The notes: generated by a model not told the origin, from the sequence alone. Numbered from the stretch's first letter, positions 1 to 10,620 are shown. The stretch: 64,000 bases of DNA from Rhodomicrobiaceae bacterium (GCA_050290865.1 JBNKIW010000004.1:147916-211915), one strand, 5' to 3'. Made by a program: numbers and translations.

Positions 1-743
1 TCCGTCACGCCCGCCAGCACCTCGGCGACGTGGCGCACCTCGACCTTCGAACCTTCACGCAACAGCTTGCCGGCGATGTTCATCAGGCAGCCGAGATCGC
101 CGCCAAGCAGCACCTCCGCGCCCGTTTCGCCGTAGAGCGCGGTTTTGCGCGATACCATGGCGTTGGATATGTCGGGATACTTGACCGAGAACGTGCCGCC
201 GAAGCCGCAGCACACTTCGCGATCCTCCGCCTCGACAAGCGTGAGGCCCTTGACGGTTTCCAGCAGGTTGCGCGGCTGCTCAGTCACACCCATTTCGCGC
301 AGGTTCGCGCAGGAGTCGTGATAGGTAACCTTCCTCGGGAATTCCGCATGCACGGCTGAAACGCCCAACACATCGGTCAGAAAGCTGACGAGTTCGTATG
401 TGCGCGCCGCCATTTCCCGCGCCACGGGACCGAGATCGAGGTCATCGGCGAACAAGTCGGGATAATGCGTCTTCAGCATCCCCGCGCATGATCCGGACGG
501 CACCACGACATAATCGTAGCCGCGGAACAGCTCCAGCACCTGCGTGGCGATGACCAGGGCGTCCGCGCGGTCACCATTGTTGTAGGCGGGCTGGCCGCAA
601 CAGGTCTGTCCGGAGGGGACTTCGACGACGCAGCCCGCGGCTTCGAGCAGCTTGATGGCGGCGAATCCGACCGACGGGCGGAATACATCCACAAGGCAAG
701 TCACGAAAAAACCGATGCGAAGTGGCCGCGCGCCGTCATTCAT
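1..743 (-). CDS. lutA: L-lactate utilisation protein A homologue (Fe-S oxidoreductase with two CCG cysteine-rich domains); C-terminus runs off the window start
   Basis: Reverse-strand translation from ATG at 743-741 gives MNDGARPLRIGFFVTCLVDVF...CCGQPAYNNG...CCGFGGTFSVKYPDIS...GGDLGCLMNIAG, collinear with B. subtilis LutA/YkgE over about 247 aa. Not in the ORF table because it is truncated by the window edge. Confidence 0.8.
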   Translation of the reverse strand, partial: MNDGARPLRIGFFVTCLVDVFRPSVGFAAIKLLEAAGCVVEVPSGQTCCGQPAYNNGDRADALVIATQVLELFRGYDYVVVPSGSCAGMLKTHYPDLFADDLDLGPVAREMAARTYELVSFLTDVLGVSAVHAEFPRKVTYHDSCANLREMGVTEQPRNLLETVKGLTLVEAEDREVCCGFGGTFSVKYPDISNAMVSRKTALYGETGAEVLLGGDLGCLMNIAGKLLREGSKVEVRHVAEVLAGVT

Positions 744-1011
744 AACGTGCCTCGAAACATGTCCCGGCCAGCAGTCCCAAACTGCTGCCAATCCCTGCCA
801 CCATTCCATCCCGGCGAGGTGCGACCGGACCATCGGGAGCGGCGTATGCGGGATTCACGAATTCGCACTCCCGGCTCGCCGGATCAAGCCCGGCGAAGGT
901 GGAATAGCGGTAATTCTGTTACCTGTTTTACCGGGCCGGCACGGCCCGTTCGCACACAACGCGGAACAGGCCGTGCCCGGGCCGGCATTCGCAGTCACAA
1001 AGTGAGGGCTG

Positions 1012-1407
1012 TCACTTCTCCGAGAACTGCTTGAGGTAGGCGATGACATTCTTGCGGTCTTTTTCTTTTTTCAGACCGACGAACGCCATCTTGTTCTTGG
1101 GAATGAATTTTCTTGGATCGGCGAGGTACTTGTCGATGTTCTCCTCGGTCCAGACGAGGCCTTTCTCGCCGGCTTCCTTCATCGCCTTCGAGTAGCCCTT
1201 GAAACCCTCGACCGTACCAGCCTTGCGGCCGATGAGATTATTCTGGATCGGGCCGACCAGGTTTTTCGCGGTGGGGCCGACCTGATGGCAGATCTTGCAC
1301 TTGACCCACACCTTCTTACCCTTCTTAGCGTCTCCCTCATCCGCGTGCGCCGCAAACGGCAGCGAAAGAACAAGGGCTACTGCCGCCGCAGATATCTTGA
1401 TCTTCAT
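1012..1407 (-). CDS. Periplasmic c-type cytochrome (cytochrome c2/c550-like)
   Basis: Signal peptide MKIKISAAAVALVLSLPFAAHA and a single CKICH haem-binding motif; about 130 aa; Lys-rich as in class I cytochromes c. Confidence 0.8.
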   Translation of the reverse strand: MKIKISAAAVALVLSLPFAAHADEGDAKKGKKVWVKCKICHQVGPTAKNLVGPIQNNLIGRKAGTVEGFKGYSKAMKEAGEKGLVWTEENIDKYLADPRKFIPKNKMAFVGLKKEKDRKNVIAYLKQFSEK

Positions 1408-1651
1408 GGCTTCTCCTTCTGTTTCCACAACCCGGCACGACCGTTCTCACCGGCGCCCGGTGCTCCGGACCTTCGCGCACACAGCGCCAGTAAACACATA
1501 ATAGAAATATGTGGTGTTCGGCCAGGACTTTATCGAAGCGCGTCACGATGTGCCAGCGTCAATTTGCCTGCATCCTGCTCTGGCACGCCCGCTAAGAAAT
1601 GCTGAACCGACTTGCCGCGAGCACTCATCAGGGCTTCTTAGCTGAGCCGTC

Positions 1652-2623
1652 CTAAGGCGCTGCGCGCATTGCCGGAACTGCGCGGGCGGGAACGGGCGTG
1701 GGCATACGGATCGGATCGAGGCCCCGTTCCCAATAGGGTTCGGAGCCGTAGCGCTGGGCAAGGTAATCGACGAAAACCTTCAGCTTGGCGGGCACGTATT
1801 GGCGGCAGGGGTAGACGGCGTGAATGGCGGTATCCGACGCCAGGCGATAGTCCGGAAGGATGGCTTTGAGCCGGCCCGCCCGCAGGTCGTCGGCCACCGC
1901 CCAGGTCGCGGGCATGCCGATGCCGTACCCATTCAGGAGCGCCTCGTTGATGATGTCGCCGGAATTGGTGCGAAGATGGCTGGAGGTCTTCACCACCACG
2001 AGACCTTCAGGACCTTCAAGCCGCCAGACCGGACTATGGCCCGACGCGAGACAGTTGTGCCGCGCAAGATCGGCGGGCGTGCGCGGCGTGCCGATCCGGT
2101 CGAGATAATCCGGCGAGGCGCAGATCACGCGGCGGCAGGGGGCAAGCTTGCGGGCGACGAGGCTGGAATCGTTCAACTGTGCGATACGGATGGCCAGATC
2201 GATCCCTTCGCCGACGATATCGACGATTGCGTCGCTGGACTGAATTTCGACGGTGAGGTCAGGATACTGGCGCAGGAAGGCGGTCAGATGAGGCGCGATA
2301 TGCAGCCGCGCGAAACTCGCCGGGGCCGTGACGCGCAGCGTGCCGCTGGCGCGTTCGTTCAGTTGCGAGACGAACGCCTCGGCCTCCTCGATATCGGTGA
2401 GGATGCCGACGACCCGTTCATGGAAACCCTGGCCCGTCTCGGTGAGCTTGAGCTGCCGCGTCGTGCGCTGGAAAAGGCGCGCGCCCAGCCGGTCCTCCAT
2501 GTGACTGATGCGTTTACTGACGACGGCGGGGGAGAGCCCCATATCGCGTCCTGCAGCGGACATGCTACCGGCGGCGGCGACGCGGACGAAAATCTCGAGA
2601 TCCGTAATCGGAGTAGCTGGCAC
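1652..2623 (-). CDS. LysR-family transcriptional regulator, divergent from glcD
   Basis: N-terminal HTH (ITDLEIFVRVAAAGSMSAAGRDMGLSPAVVSKRISHMEDRLGARLF) followed by a LysR substrate-binding domain, 323 aa. Shares a 190-bp intergenic region with glcD. Confidence 0.85.
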   Translation of the reverse strand: MPATPITDLEIFVRVAAAGSMSAAGRDMGLSPAVVSKRISHMEDRLGARLFQRTTRQLKLTETGQGFHERVVGILTDIEEAEAFVSQLNERASGTLRVTAPASFARLHIAPHLTAFLRQYPDLTVEIQSSDAIVDIVGEGIDLAIRIAQLNDSSLVARKLAPCRRVICASPDYLDRIGTPRTPADLARHNCLASGHSPVWRLEGPEGLVVVKTSSHLRTNSGDIINEALLNGYGIGMPATWAVADDLRAGRLKAILPDYRLASDTAIHAVYPCRQYVPAKLKVFVDYLAQRYGSEPYWERGLDPIRMPTPVPARAVPAMRAAP

Positions 2624-2811
2624 GCGAGAGCTTTCTCTATCTCAGCCGGAGGTGATTTGCGGTGTACGTTACAGTAGATAGTGTTAGATTACGCACCGCG
2701 GTGTCAATGGCGCATTCGTGCCATATGTCACACATTTTGCGTGAGAGATATGTCAGAATTTTAACCGATTTGACGATTTTTCACCACAACAGCACAATTA
2801 TGGAAGAAATC

Positions 2812-4260
2812 ATGTCCATCGCCCTTCCTGCCCCGAGAGCGGACACTCTTCGCAAGCGAAACGTCGTCGTCAATGCTTTGAAAAAGCTGGTTGATCCGAA
2901 CGCCGTCATCGCCGAAGAAGCCGGCCGGCGGGTCTTCGAAACCGATGCTCTGACCGCACACAGGCGGCTGCCGCTGGCTGTCGTTCTGCCGTCGTCCACC
3001 GAAGAAGTGAGCCGGGTTCTGACATATTGCCACGGGGCCGGTATCCGCATCGTTGCACGCGGCGCGGGAACATCGCTGTCCGGTGGGGCTCTGCCGCTGG
3101 AGGATGCCATCGTCCTCTCCCTTTCGCGCATGAATCGCGTTCTGGAGATCAATTCTGACAGCCGGTATATCCGCGTTGAAACGGGGATAACGAATCTCGG
3201 CGTCTCCGACGCTGCCGCCCCGTCCGGGTTTCACTACGCTCCGGATCCGTCGAGCCAGCTCGCCTGCACGGTCGGCGGCAACATCGCCATGAACGCAGGC
3301 GGTGCGCATTGCCTCAAATACGGTGTGACAACGAACAACGTCCTCGGGCTTAAGATGGTCCTGATGAATGGCGATATCGTGGAGTTCGGAGGGCCTAATC
3401 TTGACGCCGCCGGTTATGATTTCCTGGCGCTCATAAACGGCTCCGAGGGACAGTTCGGCGTGGTCACCGAAGCGACGCTCAGAATTCTCCGCCGGGCGGA
3501 GGGCGCGCGGCCCGTGATGATCGGCTTTGCCTCGCCCGAGGCCGCGGGAGCCTGCGTCGCGGCGATCATCGGGCGCGGCATCATACCGGTGGCCATCGAG
3601 TTCATGGACAAGCCTGCCACCAAAGTGTGCGAGGAGTTCGCACATGCGGGCTATCCGCTGGATGCCGAGGCGCTCCTGATCATCGAAGTGGAAGGGTCGG
3701 AGGCGGAGATGGGCGCGCTTCTTGAGAGAATCGGCGAGATTGCGAGCGAATTCACCCCCACCGTGATTCGCGTCAGCGAGAGCGAGGAGGAATCGGCGCG
3801 CATCTGGAAAGGCCGAAAGGCGGCCTTCGGGGCCATCGGGCGGATTGCGGATTATCTGTGTATGGATGGCGTAATCCCGCTCGCCAGACTGCCCCAGGCG
3901 CTGCAGTCGATCTCGGCGATCTGCCGCCGCCACGGTCTCGGCGTCGCCAATATTTTCCACGCCGGGGACGGCAACCTGCACCCGCTCATTCTCTATGACG
4001 CCAACGACCCGAACGAGAAGGCGCGCGCGGAACTGTGCGGCGAGGAAATCCTCCGGCTTTGCGTCAAGCTCGGCGGCTGTCTGACGGGCGAGCACGGCGT
4101 CGGCGTCGAGAAGCGCGAACTTATGAACGACCAGTACAACGAGGTGGACATCGCCCAGCAGATGCGCGTAAAGACCGTATTCGATCCGGATTGGCTGCTC
4201 AATCCGGGCAAGGTCTTCCCGCTGAAAGCTCAGGAACCGTTTCTGGCCCGTGTACGCTAG
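2812..4260 (+). CDS. glcD: Glycolate oxidase FAD-linked subunit GlcD
   Basis: FAD-binding PCMH domain (ARGAGTSLSGGALP) and a GlcD-type C-terminal domain. Start chosen at ATG 2812 with a GGAAGAAA SD; the ORF-table start at 2662 is probably an upstream extension. Confidence 0.85.
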   Translation: MSIALPAPRADTLRKRNVVVNALKKLVDPNAVIAEEAGRRVFETDALTAHRRLPLAVVLPSSTEEVSRVLTYCHGAGIRIVARGAGTSLSGGALPLEDAIVLSLSRMNRVLEINSDSRYIRVETGITNLGVSDAAAPSGFHYAPDPSSQLACTVGGNIAMNAGGAHCLKYGVTTNNVLGLKMVLMNGDIVEFGGPNLDAAGYDFLALINGSEGQFGVVTEATLRILRRAEGARPVMIGFASPEAAGACVAAIIGRGIIPVAIEFMDKPATKVCEEFAHAGYPLDAEALLIIEVEGSEAEMGALLERIGEIASEFTPTVIRVSESEEESARIWKGRKAAFGAIGRIADYLCMDGVIPLARLPQALQSISAICRRHGLGVANIFHAGDGNLHPLILYDANDPNEKARAELCGEEILRLCVKLGGCLTGEHGVGVEKRELMNDQYNEVDIAQQMRVKTVFDPDWLLNPGKVFPLKAQEPFLARVR

Positions 4261-5479
4261 CGAAACCTATCTGCCGCGCAATGAGAACGACCTGGCCGGG
4301 CTGATTGCGCAGGCTGCGTCGCAAAGTCTGCCCTTGGAAGTGTGCGGGAGTCGTACCAAGCGCGCCATCGGCAGGCCGATGGAGGTCGGTGCGCGCATCT
4401 CGGCGCAGGAGATGACCGGGATCACGCTCTACGAACCGGCGGAACTGGTGATCTCGGCCCGCGCGGGAACGCCGCTTGACGAGATCGAAGCGCAGCTTGC
4501 CGCCAATGGCCAGGAACTCGCTTTCGAGCCCTGCCGCCTCGACCGCCTGCTGGGCGATGCCGATGGCGCGCCCGCGACGCTCGGCGGCATCATCGCCACC
4601 AACGCCTCCGGTCCGCGGCGGATCTTGCGCGGTGCAGCGCGCGACCATGTCATCGGCATGCGCTGTGTCAACGGGCTGGGCGAGGCCGTCAAGTCCGGCG
4701 GCCGGGTGATGAAGAATGTCACCGGCTACGATCTGGCGCGGGGGCTGGCCGGCTCGTGGGGCACGCTGGCCGTGATGACCGAAATCACGCTCAAGGTGCT
4801 CCCGCGCGCCGAGGAATCACGGACGCTGCTGTTCACAGGGCTGTCCGACGAGGCGGCCGTCGCGGCGCTCTCGGCGGCGACAGGCAGCCCTTTCGAGGTG
4901 TCCGGCACGGTGCACCTGCAGCAATCTTTCGCCGAGCGCCTCAGCAACCCAGATATTTCGAGCCTCCAGCAATCCGTCACGGCGCTGCGGCTAGAGAATT
5001 TCTCTCCTTCCGTGGAGTACCGCACAGGCCGGCTTCACAAGACGCTCAGTCCCTTCGGCACTCTCTACGAGCTTGAAGACGACCGCTCGCGCGCGTTTTG
5101 GGAGGATATCCGCAATCTCACCTTCGCCACGGGCAGCGACCTGCCCTTGTGGCGGATAAGCGCGGCTCCGCACCAGGCGGCAAGGCTCATGCGCGCGCTG
5201 ACCACGCAGATCGAATGCAACGCGGCCTATGACTGGTCTGGCGGGCTGATCTGGGCGGAAGTCGGGCCCGCGACGGATGCCAGCGCAACCGTTCTGCGCC
5301 GCATCATCGCCGAGTTCCACGCCGACGCGACGCTGATCCGCGCCAGTGAAGCCACAAGGGCGTCCGTCGATGTCTTCCACCCGCTGCCGGAAATCAATAT
5401 GACGCTTATCCGGCGGCTCAAGGAGGCGTTCGATCCGCACCAAATACTGAATCCCGGCCGGATGTATCCAGGCGTATAG
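4250..5479 (+). CDS. glcE: Glycolate oxidase FAD-binding subunit GlcE
   Basis: 409 aa FAD-binding oxidase with GlcE-like organisation; GTG start overlaps the glcD stop by 11 nt. Confidence 0.8.
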   Translation: MYASETYLPRNENDLAGLIAQAASQSLPLEVCGSRTKRAIGRPMEVGARISAQEMTGITLYEPAELVISARAGTPLDEIEAQLAANGQELAFEPCRLDRLLGDADGAPATLGGIIATNASGPRRILRGAARDHVIGMRCVNGLGEAVKSGGRVMKNVTGYDLARGLAGSWGTLAVMTEITLKVLPRAEESRTLLFTGLSDEAAVAALSAATGSPFEVSGTVHLQQSFAERLSNPDISSLQQSVTALRLENFSPSVEYRTGRLHKTLSPFGTLYELEDDRSRAFWEDIRNLTFATGSDLPLWRISAAPHQAARLMRALTTQIECNAAYDWSGGLIWAEVGPATDASATVLRRIIAEFHADATLIRASEATRASVDVFHPLPEINMTLIRRLKEAFDPHQILNPGRMYPGV

Positions 5480-5510
5480 AAGGGGCGCGCCGGAGAGGAG
5501 GCCGACAGCC

Positions 5511-6902
5511 ATGGAAACGCATTTCTCGCCGCAGCAACTCGCCGATCCGATGCTGGCTGAAGCGGAAGCCATTCTCCGGCGCTGCGTGCATTGCGGCCTG
5601 TGCACGGCGACCTGTTCCACCTATGTCATACTCGGCGACGAGCGCGACAGCCCGCGCGGGCGCATCTATCTCATCAAGGACATGCTGGAAAACGGGCGCA
5701 GGCCCACCGCCGAGGTGCGCCAGCATCTCGACCGCTGCCTGTCCTGCCTGTCCTGTATGACGACCTGCCCGAGCGGCGTGGACTACATGCATTTCGTGGA
5801 TCACGCCCGCGCCTATGTTGAAAGAACCGGACGCCGTCCGCTGAAGGAACGCTTCGTGCGGCGCCTGCTGCGCCGGGTCGTGCCCTATCCGCAGCGTTTC
5901 CATTTCGCACTGCGGCTGGCGTTGCTGGGCAAGCCGTTCGCCGCCCTCCTGCGAGCATTCCGGCTGAAAGAGCTGGCGGCAATGCTTCGCCTGGCACCGC
6001 GCAGGCTTCCCAAGGCGGCGAAGAACCAGGGTGGCGATACCGCCGCCCGTGTCGCGCTCCCCCTTGCCAGGAACGGGTTGGCTCAGGGCCGCGTAATCCT
6101 GCATGCGGGCTGTGCTCAGGCGGTCCTGCGGCCCCAGATCAACGAGGCGGCGATCCGGCTTCTATCGTCGAAAGGCATTGAGGTCGTGGTCCCCGAGGGG
6201 CAGGGCTGCTGCGGCGCGCTCACGCATCATATGGGCCAGACGGAGGAGGCGCTGGCCTTCGCCCGTCACAATATCGAGGTGTGGGAACGGGTCATCGCTG
6301 CGGGGCCGGTCGCGGCCATCCTCATCACGGCCTCGGGTTGCGGCACGACGGTGAAGGATTACGCTCACATGCTGGCCCACGATCCGGATTTCGCCGCACG
6401 TGCGCAGCGCATCAGCGGGCTGGCCATGGATATCAGCGAGTATCTCGCCAATACCATCGACCTGGGCGGTCCGGAGGGCTGGTCGGATATCCGCGTCGCC
6501 TATCATTCCGCCTGTTCGATGCAGCACGGCCAGGGGATCAACGACGAGCCGCGGCGCCTGTTGCGCGAGGCTGGCTTCACCGTTGTCGAAATCCCCGAGG
6601 GGCATATCTGTTGCGGATCGGCGGGAACCTACAACATCCTGCAGCCGAAAATCGCCCGCGAATTGCGGGAGCGCAAGCTGGCCAATATCCGCTCGATGAA
6701 AGCGGACTGCGTGGCGACGGGAAATATCGGCTGTCTCACTCACCTCGCCGCCGGTCCGGATGCTCCGCCCATCGTCCACACCGTCGAACTGCTGAACTGG
6801 ATGCATGGCGGCGCCTGCCCGGCCGAGATCGCGCATCTGGCCGGCCGCGTCAGGCTGCTTCACAACTCGTTCGCGGCGCCGGCCCTGGTCGCGACACGAT
6901 AG
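5511..6902 (+). CDS. glcF: Glycolate oxidase iron-sulfur subunit GlcF
   Basis: Two 4Fe-4S ferredoxin motifs (CVHCGLCTATCSTY, CLSCLSCMTTCPSG) plus two CCG domains (GCCGALTHH, ICCGSAGTYN); good SD GGAGAGGAGG upstream. Confidence 0.85.
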   Translation: METHFSPQQLADPMLAEAEAILRRCVHCGLCTATCSTYVILGDERDSPRGRIYLIKDMLENGRRPTAEVRQHLDRCLSCLSCMTTCPSGVDYMHFVDHARAYVERTGRRPLKERFVRRLLRRVVPYPQRFHFALRLALLGKPFAALLRAFRLKELAAMLRLAPRRLPKAAKNQGGDTAARVALPLARNGLAQGRVILHAGCAQAVLRPQINEAAIRLLSSKGIEVVVPEGQGCCGALTHHMGQTEEALAFARHNIEVWERVIAAGPVAAILITASGCGTTVKDYAHMLAHDPDFAARAQRISGLAMDISEYLANTIDLGGPEGWSDIRVAYHSACSMQHGQGINDEPRRLLREAGFTVVEIPEGHICCGSAGTYNILQPKIARELRERKLANIRSMKADCVATGNIGCLTHLAAGPDAPPIVHTVELLNWMHGGACPAEIAHLAGRVRLLHNSFAAPALVATR

Positions 6903-6917
6903 GGGGAGCCGCCGCTG

Positions 6918-8087
6918 TCATCCACGGGCGAAATACCGGCGCATGAAACCGTGATAGATCGCGGTCAACTCGTGGAGATGCGCCAGCGGCACATGCTCGT
7001 CCACCTTGTGGATGGTCTTGTTGACGAGACCGAATTCCACCACCGGACACAGCAGGTTGATGAAGCGCGCGTCGGACGTTCCGCCGCTGGTGGACAGGTT
7101 CGGCGTCAGCCCGGTGACGTCGTCGGCCGCCTGCACCAGCGTTTCCACCCAGGCGCCGGGCGGGGTAAGGAAGGCTTCGGACGAGGGGTCCAGCATCAAC
7201 TCGTGATGCAGGCTCGTACTTTGCAGCGCGGCATCGGTGAGCGCCGCGATGCGGGTGCCGAGCGAGGCGCTCGTGTGCCGGTCATTGAAGCGGATGTTGA
7301 AGAGCGCCGTGGCTTTCTGGGGGATGAGGTTCGTCGTCGGATTGCCGGTGTCGATGCTGGTCACTTCCAGATTGGAGGGCGCGAAATTCTCGGTGCCGTC
7401 GTCGAGCGGCTCGTCGAGACAGCGTTTGAGCACGGCGACGAGGCCGGTGAGCGGGTTGCTGGCCAGATGCGGGTAGGCGACGTGCCCCTGTTCGCCGATG
7501 ACCGTCAGCCGCCCGTTGAGGCTCCCGCGCCGTCCGATCTTGATCGTTTCGCCGAGCATCGAGGGGCTGGTCGGCTCGCCGAGGATGCAGTGATCGGGCC
7601 GCTCGCTGGCCCCGCGCATCCATTCGACGACCTTGGCCGTACCATTCACTCCGGGGCCTTCCTCGTCGGCGGTAATGAGGAAGCTGAGGGCGCCGGGCAG
7701 AGCGCCGCCACAATCGGAAAGGTGGTTGAGCGCCGCGGCCAGCATGGCGGCGATGCCGCCCTTCATATCCACGGCGCCGCGGCCGTAGAGGACGCCATGC
7801 TCGATTTCCGCGGCAAACGGCGGATGGGTCCAGGATGCCTCGTCGCCCGGCGGCACGACGTCGATATGCCCGGCAAAGCAGAGATGTGGTGACCCCTCCC
7901 CGATCCGGGCATAGAGATTGTCCACCTCGGGCATGCCCTCGGACCGGAACGGCAGGCGATGACAGGCAAAGCCCGCCTGTGCCAGCACGTTTTGGAGGTA
8001 GTCGAGCGCACCGCCCTGATCCGGCGTCACGCTGGGACAACGAATCAAAGCCTGGGCATGCGCCACGGGATCGGAGGGGCCTGCCAT
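6918..8087 (-). CDS. dapE: Succinyl-diaminopimelate desuccinylase DapE (M20 family)
   Basis: 389 aa M20 peptidase with HIDVVPPGD and EEGPG metal-ligand motifs and DapE-type length and dimerisation domain. Confidence 0.85.
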   Translation of the reverse strand: MAGPSDPVAHAQALIRCPSVTPDQGGALDYLQNVLAQAGFACHRLPFRSEGMPEVDNLYARIGEGSPHLCFAGHIDVVPPGDEASWTHPPFAAEIEHGVLYGRGAVDMKGGIAAMLAAALNHLSDCGGALPGALSFLITADEEGPGVNGTAKVVEWMRGASERPDHCILGEPTSPSMLGETIKIGRRGSLNGRLTVIGEQGHVAYPHLASNPLTGLVAVLKRCLDEPLDDGTENFAPSNLEVTSIDTGNPTTNLIPQKATALFNIRFNDRHTSASLGTRIAALTDAALQSTSLHHELMLDPSSEAFLTPPGAWVETLVQAADDVTGLTPNLSTSGGTSDARFINLLCPVVEFGLVNKTIHKVDEHVPLAHLHELTAIYHGFMRRYFARG

Positions 8088-8095
8088 TCACCTGC

Positions 8096-8827
8096 TCATT
8101 CTGATTGCTGCGTAAGCACGATTTTCTGCCAGATCTTGCGGCTGAGGTTGGTCGTCAGCTCTTCGACATCGTTGACCGCGCTGATAACCGTCGCGTCGGG
8201 GTAGTACTGGGCATAAAGCGCCGCCAGCTTGCCCGTCAATGAAAGCATTTCCGTGCAGTAGTCCAGATAGCGCAGCAGCTGCTCGGGCGTCAGATCGCGC
8301 ACCGGGGAGGAGGACGTTCGCTCCGTCCCGCACATAGCCGCAGGATCTTTCGTAAGCTGGTGCATGTCAATAACGTGGCTTAACGCACGCAGACGGTAAA
8401 GGCCGTCGAGCGCGCGGCGGCGCTTGTACCGGTACTCAAGCTGCAGGAAAAACACGATGATGATCCCGCAGATCAGCATGATGTTCAGCGTTGCTTCCAG
8501 CGCTTGCGTGAGTTCGGTAAGCCCGATGTCGCCGCCGAAGAATACGTGGTATGCGCTGATCAGCTTGGCGAAGCCGAACATGCCCCCCACGAGGATGACG
8601 GCGGAAAAGACTCGCAAGCCCCAGTGCCTGCGGCGCAGGGCTTCGGCTTCGCGGGCCGTAACGCGGGACAGATCAAGGAGATGGGAGACGGTGGCGGTCA
8701 GCCCGCGGGCCGGAAAGCGTTCGGCAACGCGGTTCCGCAACATCTCGACCGTTCTGATGATTTCGCGCTCGTCAAGCGTGTGCAAAGGCCTCGTGCCTCC
8801 TTCTCCTCCCATGGACTTTTCTGGCAC
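8096..8827 (-). CDS. Conserved hypothetical membrane protein (two predicted TM helices)
   Basis: 243-aa ORF with two hydrophobic segments (VFSAVILVGGMFGFAKLI; LNIMLICGIIIVFFLQL). No family recognised. Start uncertain (GTG 8827 or ATG 8812). Confidence 0.5.
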   Translation of the reverse strand: MPEKSMGGEGGTRPLHTLDEREIIRTVEMLRNRVAERFPARGLTATVSHLLDLSRVTAREAEALRRRHWGLRVFSAVILVGGMFGFAKLISAYHVFFGGDIGLTELTQALEATLNIMLICGIIIVFFLQLEYRYKRRRALDGLYRLRALSHVIDMHQLTKDPAAMCGTERTSSSPVRDLTPEQLLRYLDYCTEMLSLTGKLAALYAQYYPDATVISAVNDVEELTTNLSRKIWQKIVLTQQSE

Positions 8828-8989
8828 GCCTCAGCCAAGAAGTCCCGACCCATTTTCCGCAAGTGCTTTCAGGATTTCTCACGAATCAGGCACGCTCACA
8901 AATTATTGAATGTAATATGGTTTTTTTCCGCAAGCCGAGGTCGCATGAGCCGGTGCGGCAAGCGAGGTGCGAACTTGGCTCGGGCTGCA

Positions 8990-10183
8990 CTAGACAAGAT
9001 CCAGCGCGTCGAGGAACTGCGCGTTGATGCGGCGGCAGTCGAACTGACTTTCCGCGAGCTCGCGGCTTGCCCGCGCCATCGAAGGAATCAGGTCTGGCCG
9101 CAGGAGAAGCCGCGCCATCGCCAGGGCCAGCGCGGTCGGATCGCCCGGCGGTACCAGCATGCCGTTGCTGCCCTCGCGCACGGCGGCGCGGCATCCCCGC
9201 GAGGTGGAGGTGATGACCGGGCGTCCCATGGCGATCGCCTCGACCAGCGATTTGGGGATCGTATCGCCCCGCGCCGGCAGCACGACGGCGTGTGCCCGCG
9301 CCATGTAGGGGCGCGGGTCGGGCTGCGGGCCGAGATATTGCACCACGTCCCGATAGCGCTTCAGCTCCGCGAGCGGGAAGCCGTGAGGACCGCGCACCTC
9401 CGGGCCGAGCACCAGGCATTTGTAATGTCCCGATTTCGCCCGCAGCGCGCGCGCCGCCTCGCAATAATCCTGAATACCCAGGCGGGTGTCGAGCGGGGCG
9501 GCAAAGAGGAAAATCACGCCGCGATCGAGCGGAGCCAGTGGCGTCTGAGGAAACATCCGCAGATCGACGCCGCTGCCGTTGATCGGAAACTGGCGCAGCC
9601 GCGAGGAGAGCACCTTGTGACGCTGCAGGAGTTTGTGATTCTCCTCGTTGAGGAAGACGGCTGTGTCGCAGAGCCGGAACGCGAGGCGCAACAGCGACTT
9701 CTGAAAACGGCGGCTGGCGATGGAAGCCTTTTCCGGCGCCTCAACGAAGCCACGGCCCAGTTCACCGATGACCGCCACGATACGCGGCACACCCGCGAGC
9801 CGCGCCGAGAGCCCCGCAAGCGCCGCCGCTTTCGCCGAATAACCCACGACCGCGGACGGTTTCAGATCTTTGAAAGCGCTGAGCAGGCGCATCACGGTTC
9901 GCTGATCGGCGATGGGCGACAAGCCCTGGCGGAAGGCGGGCAGATCGCCGAGCCGCACTTGCATCCGCTGCAAAAACGCCTCGGCATTACGGTCGAATGC
10001 AGGCGAGAAGCAGTAGACGCTGTGTCCCCGGCTCGAAATCTGCTGGATCATGGAGCCTGCGGTGACCGCGAGCGATGCGCCGCTGGGCGCGACGATAGCG
10101 ACACACCGGGCTTCGGACTGTACCGGCAGAACCGCGTCTGCGGCCCGCTGCCCGGCAGGCCCGGGACGGTCAGCCGCCCACAT
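8990..10183 (-). CDS. Glycosyltransferase family 4 (GT-B fold, group 1)
   Basis: The C-terminal half is typical of GT4 enzymes (VVLPARGDTIPKSLVEAIAMGRPVITSTSRGCRAAVREGSNGMLVPPGDPTALA, E-x7-E-like region). N-terminal beta1-Gly loop VAIVAPSGASLAVTAG. Start placed at ATG 10183 (GGGGGGG SD). The longer ORF to 10441 adds an 86-aa low-complexity extension judged spurious. Confidence 0.7.
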   Translation of the reverse strand: MWAADRPGPAGQRAADAVLPVQSEARCVAIVAPSGASLAVTAGSMIQQISSRGHSVYCFSPAFDRNAEAFLQRMQVRLGDLPAFRQGLSPIADQRTVMRLLSAFKDLKPSAVVGYSAKAAALAGLSARLAGVPRIVAVIGELGRGFVEAPEKASIASRRFQKSLLRLAFRLCDTAVFLNEENHKLLQRHKVLSSRLRQFPINGSGVDLRMFPQTPLAPLDRGVIFLFAAPLDTRLGIQDYCEAARALRAKSGHYKCLVLGPEVRGPHGFPLAELKRYRDVVQYLGPQPDPRPYMARAHAVVLPARGDTIPKSLVEAIAMGRPVITSTSRGCRAAVREGSNGMLVPPGDPTALALAMARLLLRPDLIPSMARASRELAESQFDCRRINAQFLDALDLV

Positions 10184-10620
10184 TTCGTCCGCCCCCCCTG
10201 AGATCGTCCGGTGCCCTGTCCCCATAGCCCCCCCCTGGTCCGGCGGCAGCGGCGCCCCTCCGGGCAACATGCCCGGTTCGCCATCTGTCGCCGAATGCAT
10301 ATATCCCACCCTATAATGAGCCCGCCCGCCCTCTTGTGTCCAGGAACACAGAAGGTGGCTCGCCCTGCCCTCGACGAACATAGGTGAATTCAGACCGGAA
10401 AAGGAAGCGAATCCGGCAATGCCGCCTGACCGGCATGGCATGTGCAGAACCTGACGCGCGGTTCAGAAATGCGCTTGATAAGTTGTGTTATTGATGATAC
10501 GCAACCACACGTTGCGCTTATTGCGTGACGAAGTTGCCTGCTGATACGCGGGCTAGCGGGGTAACTATCACTGGAGGGGTGCTGGAGACGGCATCCCTCC
10601 ACGTGGTTTTGTGCATGGAC

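Noticed and set aside
30-359. Plus-strand 109-aa ORF at the window start
   Set aside because: The opposite strand encodes a full LutA homologue with conserved CCG motifs; the plus-strand ORF is a GC-rich shadow frame.
2761-4095. Long antisense ORFs (examples: 2761-4095 minus; 8504-10201 plus; 11715-13103 plus; 13949-15520 minus; 17181-19538 minus; 40974-42671 plus; 53044-54507 minus; 54581-56083 plus; 58020-59819 minus)
   Set aside because: All lie opposite well-supported genes (glcD, GT, lutB, mntH, hybrid kinase, helicase, flotillin, ech/coaA, leuS) and have Arg/Gly/Pro-rich composition typical of high-GC shadow frames.
10184-10441. 86-aa N-terminal extension of the glycosyltransferase ORF
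   Set aside because: Low-complexity Gly/Pro/Ala sequence with no GT-B N-terminal features. An internal ATG at 10183 with a G-rich SD gives a canonical GT4 start.
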